Assembly: GCA_965645245.1 (NCBI GenBank)
Contig: OZ287072.1
Coordinates: forward strand, 2,046,001 to 2,110,000
Length of the DNA: 64,000 bases
Direction of reading: 5' to 3'
DNA from: Massalongia carnosa
Taxonomy: Eukaryota
Shown here piece by piece: positions 13,034 through 25,159 of this stretch. The position numbers and the translations under genes are program-made. The notes under the pieces are model-generated. The model saw nothing but the letters and a program-made list of their open reading frames with translations. It did no database searches and had not been told where the DNA came from. Within the stretch, counting starts at the first letter, position 1; each line of letters opens with the position of its first letter.

Positions 13034-14446
13034 CTAACCGTTCCCGTTGTTACTCATATCAAACTCAGAGGCATCTGAATATGATCCCGAAAACGATGGC
13101 CAAGTAAATGGATGACTCAAAGCTCCTTCTTGAAGCTCGAAGTTTGACGCTATTTGTACATCGTCAATGGTCGGGCTTGAGCCAGCCCCTGAGACGCTAG
13201 CGACGAAGTCAAAATCTTCCTCAATCTCATCACCCATCAACGATTGCGCAAAGTTCCACGGTGTTTGCACTTGATCTACTAAGACAACGCCTGGTTCGAA
13301 TAAAGACGCCAGCCTATCAATTTTCAAGAAATCGTCGCTTTCAGGTAAGATCTGAGAAACTTTGCTTATCGTTTCTGTACCCAAGGGTTGCATGACGGTT
13401 GAGGAAAAATCTGGAGCATCGCTGCTTGTCTTGGATTTCCAAGATACAATAGACATATTGCGAGAAGATTGGCGACTTAAATTTTTTACCGAGGAAAACT
13501 CCTGAAGATAGCGCTCAATGGCGGCAATTCTTGCAGGAAAGCCAGAGAGCGTGATGGTCTTATTTACGGCCTCAAGAGACCCAATAATAAGGAGTTCCAT
13601 GCATTGGGTTTCTGAAGCAGGGTCCCTTGACCAGCCACGCAGTAACCGCTCAAATCTCCCGGCATACGAAGCAGGGCGCAATCGTCTAACGATGATCTTG
13701 ATTAAGAACCTGGACATGGCGCAGAGTCTGTGTATGACACGGCCATTGTACTGCCGGATAATCTGAGCTTCCACACGGTGGTTCGGGTTCTCGTATGTAC
13801 GGTCGGCCAAGTGCTGGGACGCAGTAACAGCTTCGGCGAGCCCGACGCGATACATCTCAATGAAATGATATAGCATCAAGAGATATGGTCTCATTCTGCG
13901 AATCATATTATTGACGATCGCTAAATTTTCAGGTTCTTCAACCAAGCTCGGAGGAGTGAGACGATGTGCTTGAATCAGATGGAATTTAGCAAGGAACGTT
14001 GCAATATGTTCGACAACGTAGAAGCGATGTGAAAGGCCCAGAAGAAAGTCAAGGTCCAGCGCTCCTGATGTGACCAATGGTCGGTACAGTATGGAAGTTT
14101 TCCGCAGGGGCTCACGCTTTACTAAACTAATTACGATTGAGGACTGATTGCACTTAACCATATCGTTGAAGCCGCGGCATGTGAGCCGAAAATCCAGCAG
14201 ATCACCTAGCGACATTTGGCACAAGATAAGAATTTGCATATCTTGAATCAGATTGATCAAGAGAGAGGCGAATGTGCTTCAAGAGTTAGTAATAGAATAC
14301 TTTCTGTTGTTTTGCGAATGTCAAACCACGAACGTTGGTGTCTCCACCTTTGCATCTTCCAGCTTCGATGGTCCTCCTATATCCCGGTTGACCTGAGGCT
14401 TTCGAAACTTTCGAGAAATGGTTTTTGCTAGGCTATCTCCCGCCAT
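13034..14446 (-). CDS. F-box domain protein, 2 exons
   Basis: F-box-like LINLIQDMQILILCQMSLGDLLDFRLTCRGF. An upstream exon from ATG 14446 (MAGDSLAKTISRK...) joins in phase through a GTTCGT...CTAAC...AAG intron. Confidence 0.7.
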
Positions 14447-14933
14447 TCCCACTATTTACGGAGTATATATCGAGAAGATGTCTTGGCCTATCAATAGCCT
14501 GGCTTGGGACTGTAAAGTCCCGCGTTGCTCGGCGATATATATAACTGCGCCTCTTTTCTTATTGCTTCATTCACAGTGCCTTTTCGAGAACATAAAATTT
14601 AGGCTCTCATCCGTAGTAGAATCTAGCTGCTTCGCTGCCATAGCGGGGAGGCATTGAGCATCATCATCAATTGGACTTGATCGACGTCACCAGACACTCC
14701 CGTTGCCCCTTTCACCACCAAAAGTCCGAGGTCATAATAAGCTCAAGATAAGCTAACCGCTATGAGCTAGCATGGATCTTTGGGCTCTCTCTACTCTAGT
14801 TGAGCCTTTCTAGGGCTCAGAGCTATTAAATGCCATTCATTGAAGGTTTTGTATATTAAAACTACCTAGCCGATACAGTATCGTCTTACCCATGACCATC
14901 AGTTCTCAGAGTTTCTGTTAAAGCTTAGCAGCT

Positions 14934-16267
14934 ATGCATATGAACGATAGCGAGTCTTCGGATGAAGATACTGAAGGATACACAACGACCAAAGCGTTAC
15001 TTGGCTTTGCTTCTAAGGAACCTACAGATGACTCGTTCAGCCAGCTTGGTGGCCGCCCGGTGAGTGCAGAGTGCTGGCGTCTTCACGATGAAATATATTA
15101 CTTACAAACTCGCAGACATGGCTCGATCCGCAGAGTCGTCCAGATGCCGAGCTGGTAAGATGCAGAGTTTGCCAGAACATGATGACAATGCTCCTTCAAT
15201 TGAACGGCGACCTGCCCGACCGCTTTCCAAACCATGAGCGAAGGCTCTACATTTTTGCCTGCAAGGGAAAACCCTGCCGCCGGAAGGAAGGCAGCATCAG
15301 AGCCATCCGGGCCATCAGGGTATCTAACACTACAGCCGGAAAATTAAAGAAAAAAAACAGCAGCGTACCAGAAGAGCAAAACCCCCGCCCAAAGACCCCG
15401 CCTCAAAATCTCGGCAATATCCTTTTCAACTTAACCTCCGCCCCTCGGAACAGCGGAAGCGCGAACCCGTTTGCAACCCCCCCCCCACAAAGTTCCAATC
15501 CATTCTCAACCTCAAACCCCTTCACCTCACCTTCATCCGCCCTTGTCTCCAAACCGTCGCAATCACCTACAGTTACCTCCCTCCCTGAAACCTTCGCCCA
15601 AAAAGTCCGGCCCCCCCCCCCGGCTCCTCCTTTGTCTACCCCCCAAACACCCTGGCCTCCAGATTCTGGATTCCCACCCCCGTATCCCCGCCACCACCTC
15701 GACGCCGACTTCGAAACCCTCGATGCCCCCTCCCTAATGCCCTCTTCCTTAGGATCAACACACTTCAACGACGATGACCCCTCCATCACCAGCCCCGACC
15801 CCGCCGATAAAGACCCTGAAACCTTTGAATCCCCGCTCGACAAAACCTTCCACCGCTTCGCAGATCGCCTTGCGCAAAACCCACTGCAAGTTCTCCGCTA
15901 CGAATTCAGCGGCTCCCCACTCCTGTTCTCGAAATCGGACGCTGTAGGGAAAATCTTCGGTGGCTCCCTTGCTGCTACCAACAACAGTCACAAGAAAATC
16001 ACCACTACAACATCTCCGGGAATTCCGCGCTGCACTAACTGCAGCGCCCCCCGCGTCTTCGAGCTGCAACTCACGCCCCAAGCGATTGCGGAGCTGGAAG
16101 TGGACGAGACGGGCCTTGATGGCATGGAGTGGGGGAGCGTGGTGCTAGGGGTCTGCAGTAGAGATTGTGAGGGCAGGGATATCGCGGTGGGGGGAGTGGC
16201 CTATGTGGAGGAGTGGGTGGGGGTGCAATGGGAGGAGGTTGGCGGTGGTGGGGGAGGGGGGAGGTAA
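14934..16267 (+). CDS. TSR4: PDCD2-like / Tsr4 20S pre-rRNA accumulation protein (uS5 chaperone), 2 exons
   Basis: SQLGGRP|TWLD across a GTGAGT...CAG intron (15060-15115), CRVC, LLQLNG, RLAQNPLQVLRYE, C..C...RVFELQL, GMEWG, EEWVGVQWEE. Confidence 0.88.
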
Positions 16268-16589
16268 TGTGAGGGGAAAGGAAGGGGGGTTTAGGGGCTG
16301 GATTGGGGATTAGCGGGGGGGCGAAGATACTTGACAGATAGATGAACGTTGAAAGAAAAATGATGAATGAATGCATGCTGAAGAAAGTTATGAGTTGAGC
16401 TACTACGATCGAGCGATTTCATCGCAGACTCACTAAACCTATTTATTCCTCCTGTCACAGCATCCCTCCCTCATATGTGACAACATTCACGTCCAAAGTT
16501 TTCTCCCCATCTAAACAGGTAGGCCAATCCATTCACCCAGCCACTCACTCACTCACCTATCTACCTACCATAGCGGTCCTTAACCACCT

Positions 16590-18802
16590 CTAAACCCCCT
16601 CCCAAACTTTCCCCATATCTCCTTTCAGTAGCCTCTTCTCCTTCCTCGCTTTCCGCCTCGCTCTCGCGACCACCTTCTCTCCCGCATCCTCGTTTTCAAT
16701 CATCTCAACACCATCCTTGCCGCCATTCCCACCATTCTTCTTCCCCCCCGCCCCTCTCCCCAATATATTCTCTCTCATACCCCGCGCCTCCGCGCGTCCC
16801 GCTACCTCTGGACCAGCGCTTCCATCTCGGCTGTTATCCAAAGGGTTCTTTTGTCGTTTGCGGTCCTTTCTGCTTGTAGATGGGGTGGTAACGAGGTGTG
16901 CATCCCCGTTTTTTGGGAGCTGGGGGGTGGTAGGGTCGGCTACCGAAACTGGTAATGACGGCGTAGCGGGGACTTTGCGCTGGAAGTTGGGTTGGAGGGG
17001 TTCAGCGTTGGATTTGCTTTTCCGTTTCTTGGCGGGCGTTTCAACATTGCTCGATTCGGCACTTGCGTGCGCTTTTCGTTTTCGCGAGCTGGGGCCTTCT
17101 AAATTGTGGAGCTTAGGATTGATTGGAGACACTGCCTTAGTAGTCGCAGGATTGCGGCCTTTGATGGGTGTTGGCGTGATCGCTTGCTGTGTTATTTCTT
17201 GTACCTGGCTTGAATGCTCAAGTGCAGAAACCGATGCGATGCCGACAGAGAGAGGCTCTGTTGCTACTATTGATTTCGTGCTTTTGGATTTCTTCTGCTT
17301 CTTCATAGGCGTTTCCATGACCCCTTGGTCTGGCACCGTATTGCCGTTCATCTTTTCTAACGTCTTGATGCTTCCGAGATGATTACGCTCGACTGTAGGA
17401 GTAAACACGGTACCCCCAGACTCTACTTGCCCTTTCTTCTTCTGTATTTCAACAAAAGTCTTCGTACCATGGTGCGCTTGAATGTCACTCTTTTTTTGAT
17501 TTCTCCTCTTCTTTACAGTTCGAGGTGTCTCTACGCCAATTGGAGGACGAAAAGTAGGAATCTGCGCTGGCTTCTCGGATGATAAATCGGATTCGCTGTT
17601 TGTCGGTGGGTCTTCTGTGGCACCGAATGGGTGGTATCGCATACGAAGCCCATCAGGTTGCGGGCGAGGGGGCTTTTCATACGAACTGGGAACATTTCTG
17701 AAGCCGTGGGGGATAATGCTTGAACTAATTTTGGGACTGGAAATGATCTGTCGAAGATGAAATGTTTTGGCAATTTCAACTTTCGTTGGCTTGTATATAT
17801 TATGTTCGGCGGATGGTAGCAAGATTTGCATATTTGAATCCGAGCGCGTGGCTTCAGAGGTTAAGCCAAAGTCGGCACCTTCGTGAGAGATGATGGACGC
17901 GCCCGTATGGACGCTGTGTAGAGAAACTTCTTTAAGCTTGCTGATAGAGATAGAGCTCGGGACCGTGATGTGCCACACTTCTTTAGAGCGCAAGGATGCA
18001 GGAGAGAAGAGCTCTGTAAGGTTGCAAGAGGGAGAAATGGTTATGGTAGCGGGATCAAACCCCTCAGGCGGCTCATACGGAGGAGCAGGTTCCAAGGTTG
18101 TGGCTTTCTTTGCAGCTCTGTAAAATATTAGCTGATGCTCCGCTAAGGTCAGTTAGGTAAGGTTACACACGGTTTAGAGATAGTTCTGTTTGTTTGAGGT
18201 ACGTTATCATCGCTACTCTCTCCCTCATCTTCACTTCCACTACTAGTCTCACTTCCACTGTCAGTCTCGCTCTCACTTCCGTTCTGGCTGCTATCACTGC
18301 TTTCATCTCCCACTAATTCTTTTCCTGCTTTCCTGACAACTCTATTTTCGTCAGTTTCACTGTCCTTTTCTTTGTCTTCTTCAACCTTTTCGACGCCTTG
18401 GGTTTCTCTAGATGCGCCGATTTGAAGATCTAGGCCATTGAGCTTTCGCCGCTTTGTAGATACCCCATTCAACCCAACAGAAAGAGGTTTGATAGGAGTT
18501 GGCAATGTTTTGGACTTTGAGATTAAAGAATGTGGTAGTGCCGGTTTCACCAGAACCGAGCTTTTAACAAGTATGGATGTTTCTTCTGCTTCCTTATCAT
18601 CGTTCTCATCGTCTTCATCATCGTCTTCCTCATCGTCTTCATCGTCTTCTTCATCGTCTTCTACAGGCTCTTCCTTGGCGTCTTTCTCGTCCTCTTCGTC
18701 GGAATCCCTGATAGTTTCCGAACTCTTGAATCCTTTTAGCTTAGTGAGTTTTGAGCTCAAGCTAGTTCTGAATGAACTAGAAGCTTTTTTGATATTGTGC
18801 AT
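16590..18802 (-). CDS. RPA34: RNA polymerase I subunit A34 (RPA34.5)-domain protein, 2 exons
   Basis: PYEPPEGF...KEVWHITVPSSISISKLKEVSL...FHLRQII...PRPQPDGLRMRYHPFG fits the fungal A34 domain. Acidic N-terminal exon, Lys-rich C-terminus, intron near 18117-18169. Confidence 0.7.
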
Positions 18803-19079
18803 TTTATTTTAATTCTACAAAATTCCGCGATGGAGACAACCTTTAGAGATATCGTCTAGATTAGATTAGATTAGATCTAGATCTACCATCCATGCGTAGA
18901 TTATTAGTAGTTACTTAAATATCTAAGCATAGAAGGTTAAGATATGACCAAACACCATCCGCTCGGTCTTCAACTTTCAATTCTCAAGCGTATCTTTGGG
19001 TTGTATTAGAAGACGTGATGACAAGTCCAAGCGTATAAAATAGCACGCCTAATACGGAGAGTACCAGAGGTCGTGTGTA

Positions 19080-21783
19080 ATGGTCAAAAGAAAGCTAGAG
19101 AAACGTCCGAATGGTTGGTACTTGACGCTTTTGGACCGATAAATTTCTGACCTCCCAGGACCCGTGAGTGCGTTTGCTGCACGACGAGCTACCCAAGAGC
19201 CCAAGAAAGGGAATTCCACCGTTTCTGCTATCATATCTACATCGCTCTCAGACCAAGATAACAATCGACCGTCCCGGCCGGCTAAAAGACGGAAGATCAA
19301 AAATGTCAAACCTTCCAGCTCGTTTGCGACTCGAACCCCTCCTGGCGAATGGACAGCACCACCCCAATCAAATCGCTGTACCACGGATAAACCCACGCGA
19401 CCACTCAAGGCTTCAGAGGCACAGGAAAAATGCGTCATTTTAGAAACCGACAAGGTCGACTATGAGAACGAAATAGAAGATGATCATAGCAGGTTAGTCA
19501 GTAGAACCTTTTCGGCATGTCAATCCTAGAATTCCTAGTTGCAGCTCCGACACAGAGACCTACGTCCCATCTGCAAGCTTAAAGCGGCAGCTTTCATCTT
19601 TCGTTCCATCCAGGGAAAATGTACAAGGAGAAACAACCAACGAATGGACAATCTGTTTAGGTATCAAGGATGTGCGTACTCAGTAGGAGCGCCCGACCGA
19701 AAGTATCAAGACCTGACATTGATTGTAGACAGTCACATTGGTGGGTTCATATGATGTTTGGGTCCGGAGAGGTACCATAAGTATCGATGGAGCGATCCTC
19801 CATGCCAGTTCTAGGGCGCATCGAGTATATGCGCCTTCGACGCACTCGCTGCCCTTTATTCAACCTCTTCGGAACCCTTTTCTTCCAGAGGATCAACTTG
19901 TACTGCTTACGATATCGTCTTACAATACGCGCATCCGCATGTTAAGAGAACTAACGCCCAAATTTGGACGAATATGGAATCATAGGATTGTTTCAAAGAA
20001 AGATTCAATGCCTCTGATTGACTTGTCCGAAAGGTCTTTTGTATTTGTAGGTTAACGTCTGATGTTGCTAAGCTAACGGCGTTTCTAACAATAACTCTTT
20101 TAGCTTAAATCTTCGGACGAAGATCCCCTTCAAAGACCGCTCCGTATACTGGAGATTCCGGACGAGTGGCAAATGCTGATCAACGGCCTAAAATGGAGCG
20201 ACCACACGAAGCCGCCCGCAGTTATCATATGTGGGCCGAAAGCCTCTGGGAAATCCACGTTCTGCCGCGTTCTGGCGAACTCTATGCTCACGAACACTGC
20301 CCCTCAGTCACACTCAAGTAATGGAAGTAGGCTAGATGGTCTAGCTTTCCTTGATCTTGACTCAGGACAGCCAGAATACTCGCCACCCGGAGAGGTTTCT
20401 CTTATTCATGTACGTTCCTGTAATCTGGGAGTCCCTTTCACCCACCCTACGATCGTCTCTCCCGAGGGAAATACTTTGATCAAAGCGCACCACGTAGGTG
20501 CTGTATCCATCAAAGATGACCCAGATCACTACCAGAGGTGTGCGTTGGACCTTTTACACCACTATAGCCGAATGAAATTAAAGTATCCGCTCTGCCCACT
20601 AATAGTCAACTGCTCTGGCTGGATTCAAGGAAGTGGGTTAGAGGTGGTAGTCGAACTGATTCGTCACTGGACGTTCTCCACTATCGTCTATACCAGCAAG
20701 GCGGGACCAGTGGAAGTCGTTGAGACGCTGGCCGATTCTGCGAGCCAATCCGGGGTATCTCTTTCCACCTTAACCTCCCAGCCACCAGACACTGTCACCA
20801 GAACCGCAGTAGATTTACGTATGATGCAAACACTTTCTTATTTTCATCTTGCTGAGCCAGAGAATGGCTATCTTCGGTGGAACCCATCTCTTATCAATGA
20901 AATACCACCTGTTATAGTGCGTTATGCAGGAGCAGGCCAAGCCATATTCGCTGTCATGATACTCGGAGAAGAACAAGATCCGGATTTTTATAGAAGTATA
21001 TTAGAAGGATCTGTGGTGGGCTTGGTTGTGGTAGAAGATGATACAGCTATCTATAGTGTTGGTAGCACCCAAAGCAGCGTTACCAGTATGGGATCTCAGC
21101 AAGGCCTTGAACATGAGGACGTGGCACAATTGACCGACGAGCAGACGCAGGCTGTGTCAATGCAAGCTTATAGAGATAACGGTCAAAGTGATAGTGAATC
21201 TGATCAGGCCAGCATGAACGGCTCTCGTTTGAGCAGCTATCGGCCACGTCCTCCAAAAAGGCGGCCAAGCAGCCCAGAGCTGAACCAAACAATGCCAATC
21301 CCAAGTAGGGAATATTTCACCCACCCAGCAATTTTGCGCACTTCCGAAGATATACCCTATCTGTCCACAGGCATTGGCACCAACCGCCCCCTGGATCCTT
21401 CCAAATCTCATTCCATCGGCCAAGCCTTGATACGCGGCATAAACACCACCACGAAAACCTTCCAGCTTATCACGCCCATTCCTCAGCAAACCTTCCAAGC
21501 CATTAGGCAGCAAAACACTAAGATCGTGCTCGTGCGCGGGAAGCTCGATACCCCGACCTGGGCATACCGCGAAGAATACACTGCAGCGGCTGCGAGGCGG
21601 CGAAGAACCATGAAGGAAGGAGAGAAGACGGAGCGGTTTGGAGCCGATGAGATGAGGGCTTGGGCGGAGGGGATACCTTGGGCGAAGGTAGTCGATGGAA
21701 AGGAGTCGAAGAGTTATGGAGCGAAAGTATGGAAAGTGAGGAGGAATTTGAGGGACAGGGGCTCTGGAGCCGAAACCGAATGA
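19080..21783 (+). CDS. GRC3: Polynucleotide 5'-hydroxyl kinase Grc3/Nol9, multi-exon
   Basis: P-loop CGPKASGKST, FLDLDSGQPEYSPPG, PLIVNCSGWIQG, LRMMQTLSYFH, ALIRGI. First exon from ATG 19080 (MVKRKLEKRPNG|PVSAFAARR). Confidence 0.88.
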
Positions 21784-21907
21784 GTGGTGGCTCTATAAGT
21801 GTTTGATACTGCGTTATATGGTTGAACAAACTTCAAAGATACCCCTTCGGACACAGCTTAGCGTAGGCGTTGTGTAGGCAAGACGCAACAGTCTCCAATT
21901 TCATCTA

Positions 21908-22377
21908 CAGTACCAGGACATAAGTCTCCGCGAGAGGGAGGTTTTACATCAAAACACGTCATGTTCACACATGAATTAATCTGCCTTCGCAGCCTGCGAT
22001 TTTTTTATAATTTAAAAATGGTATGAAGAATCAGTTGAATTCTCTTTTTATCGATTCGGATTTGATTGATATTATTAAATAATGATGTTTTAATCATGTA
22101 AATTTAACATCAATTGAAAATCGTGATTTTCGCTTGAATTTTGCGGAGAAAATCAACATTTTCAGATAAAGTCATATTTACTTCTCAACAACGACATCAA
22201 TTCATAAAATAAACCTATTTTTGAGTTGAATTATAGTTGATTATTTGATTCTTCATAATATATCTTAATTATAAAAAGATCGTAGGCTGCGAAGACAGAT
22301 TAATTCATGTGTGAACATGACGTGTTTTGATGTAAAACCTCCTTCCTCTCGCGGAGACTTATCGTGTCCTAGTACTG
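21908..22377. mobile_element. MITE (non-autonomous Tc1/mariner-type element, 470 bp) with ~105 bp terminal inverted repeats
   Basis: TA|CAGTACCAGGACATAAGTCTCCGCGAGAG... at the left and its near-perfect reverse complement ending ...CCTAGTACTG|TA at the right. TA target duplications at 21906-7 and 22378-9. AT-rich non-coding interior. Confidence 0.92.
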
Positions 22378-22920
22378 TAGCTGGATGACCACAGTACATA
22401 CTATACCACAAACTATTCATCCCTTAATCTACGAAGAGACGGATAAATGCGCGCACCAAACAGCTCTCGAGATGACTGTCCCCCCTTTCCCTCAAGTAAA
22501 TACCTACATTCAATACCTACAGTCAAAATCAAAGCAGATGATGCCCTAGCTTTTCCTGACCCCCCCTCCCAAAAACCACTTCTGATAACGAAATACAACA
22601 GAAACCGCCATCTCCCTCCCCCCTTTTTTTGGAAGCTTTGTCAACCCTCGCATCACAGGGCTTACCAGCGGATGACTGCACCGCTCCTGCATGCGTGATC
22701 GGTAAGATACCTATGGCTCTCTCCACAGCTCCTTACAGCCAGCTACCTACCTACCTACCTACTATTCTTCAATTCTCTCAACCTTTACGCTTTGATTGCC
22801 TGGTGTTGGAATACTCGCTTAGCCCCATTAGTTCTAGCTCAGCCCTGCAGGCTGCCATGACTACTATAAGCAGTCACCTCCGTAGTAATTTCAACATAAT
22901 GCCGTCAACTGTTTATGTTA

Positions 22921-24952
22921 CAGTGCACCCTGGCTATAACGATCTTGGTTATAACGATAATCTGGTTATAGCGATTTGACCTTGTGGAATCGATTATTCT
23001 GTTAGACAAATAACGATAACTTCTTTGTTCCGATATCGTTAGCACTTCTCGGATTTTTTTGGTGTGCATCGTTATAACCAGAGTTATTTTTATCCAATTA
23101 AAATGTCCTCGTCTACCTCAATATCAGCCAGTAATGGCCTCAGGGCCTCCATTTCACCTCCTCCACTTCGTAAAAGACGTCGCGCTATCACCAATGCGGA
23201 GCGAAAAGCTCTTCGTGCTTAATATTTTGATGAATCAAATGGTAGACCTCCCCATAAGCAACTTCGTCAGTGGTTCGAGCAGCAGTTTCATCATTTTCCC
23301 TCTCAATCGACTATATCCGAGTCACTTTCTTCCACTTTCGCTCACTTGGACAATAAGGTGCAGCGTTTAGAGGTCAGAAAAAACCGTGCAGCACAATGGC
23401 CAGATCTCGAAGACGCTTTATTCGAGTGGCAGCAACTAATGATGCGAAAAGAAGCTACAATAACAGGAGAAATTCTTAAAGAGATAGCCGCTATCTTTTG
23501 GAGTAAGCTTCCTCAATATGCTGACGAAGAACAGCCCAAATTCTCTACTGGCTGGCTGGATGGCTTCAAAAATCGACATCAGATCAGAAAATATAGAAGA
23601 CATGGCGAGGTCGGTGCTGTTGATAATGTAGTCGTAGAGACTGAGCTGAAGAATATACGTGAGCATCTCAAAGAATATGATAATCGCGATATTTTCAATA
23701 TGGATGAGACAGGTCTTTTTTGGAAGATGAGCCCGGATGGTACGCTTGCCACTCAGCAAACACCGGGAGGTAAACACGAAAAAGCCAGAATATCTGTCAA
23801 TTTCGCTACAAATGTGACCGGCACGGACAAACTTCCTCCATGGTTCATTGGAAAAGCCGCAAATCCTCGCTGTTTTGGACGATCTGGCATTAACATCCAC
23901 AATTTCCGAATGGTCTGGCGTTTCAATCAAAAGGCCTGGATGACTGGACGAATTTTCAAAGAATATTTGCTTTGGTTTGATAATCGAATGACTGGACGCA
24001 AGGTAATTCTTTTGATAGATGGATTTTCAGCTCATAAAGCAGGTGATTCAGCTATAACACGATTTGATGAATTCATTCACTCACTGAGTTAACAGGCATC
24101 GATTTATTGTATGAAGAATTTCCGCTGGCCTTACAAACACGAAAATCCTTTTCCTTCCTGCGAATGCAACCTCTCTATGTCAACCTCTCGATCAAGGTAT
24201 TATTCATGCCTGGAAAGCTCATTATCGAAGAAGATGGCTGCGTTACAGTTGTTCTGAATACGAAAAAGACATTGATCCCACTAAAACAATGAACGTTTTA
24301 CAAGCTATTCGTTGGGGGATTGACGCATGGGAGCAGGACGTTACTGAGACAACAATCAATAATTGCTGGGTGAAATCTCGGGTGTTGAGTGCTGAATATG
24401 GTTCAGTGAACAGAGAGGAGGCGGAGAATATGGGCTGGCATCAAAAGGTGAAGGAGGATAATTCTTCATATGACGCTGTCATTTCGAGTATGGCTCAACA
24501 AATACATCATCTGGTTCATCAGGATAGAATCGCAAAGGCGATGTCTATTACTTAGTTTTTAAATCCACAAGAGGAGGATGTTTATGACACCGAGGAAGTC
24601 TTGATAGACGACATCGTCAATTCGTACAGCAGGGAGGAAAGAGCTTATGAGACCAATGAGGAGAATGTAATCATGCCTCGAATTCGTCATAATGAGGCTA
24701 TTTTGGCTCTACAAACTCTTCGTTTGTATGAAGAACAGCAGGATGAAGGTGATAGTGAGCTCATTTCACGTATAAATCGACATGAAAGGGTTATCAGGCA
24801 AAGGACCAAGCAGGGGCTTAAACAAACCACAATTGATAGCTATTTAACATAGTAAATGGGGGGAATTCAAGCTTTCTTTGGGTATAACGATATTCTCCTT
24901 ATAACGATTTGACCTCATGGAAAATCAAAATCGTTATAGCCAGGGTGCACTG
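22921..24952 (+). mobile_element. pogo/Tigger-type (CENP-B HTH plus DDE_1) DNA transposon, full length, inactivated
   Basis: Perfect 23-bp TIRs CAGTGCACCCTGGCTATAACGAT with TA on both flanks; internal ATAACGAT repeats. Confidence 0.93.
23103..24852 (+). pseudogene. pogo-family transposase pseudogene
   Basis: Motifs WPDLEDALFEW, FSTGWLDGFK.R, FNMDETGLFW, LLIDGFSAH, LPANATS.CQPLDQGII. Stops TAA 23220-22 and TAG 24553-55, a likely intron near 24043-24095 and a 1-nt frameshift near 24112-24125. Confidence 0.88.
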
Positions 24953-25159
24953 TACATACAGTCCAAGTTGGATCCGTTCCGGGGGGGTTTTTTTTGGGGG
25001 GGGGGGGTGCATGCTGTGGTACTGTTTGGTTGGTTGGTTGATGTTTGCGTTCACTTAGCCGTTTGGGGGGGAAGCAACGCTCCTCAAATTCCATCCATCC
25101 ACCACACTTACAAACCACCTAATCGTCGGCCTCGCTTAGCTGCCTCCATACGAGGTGTA

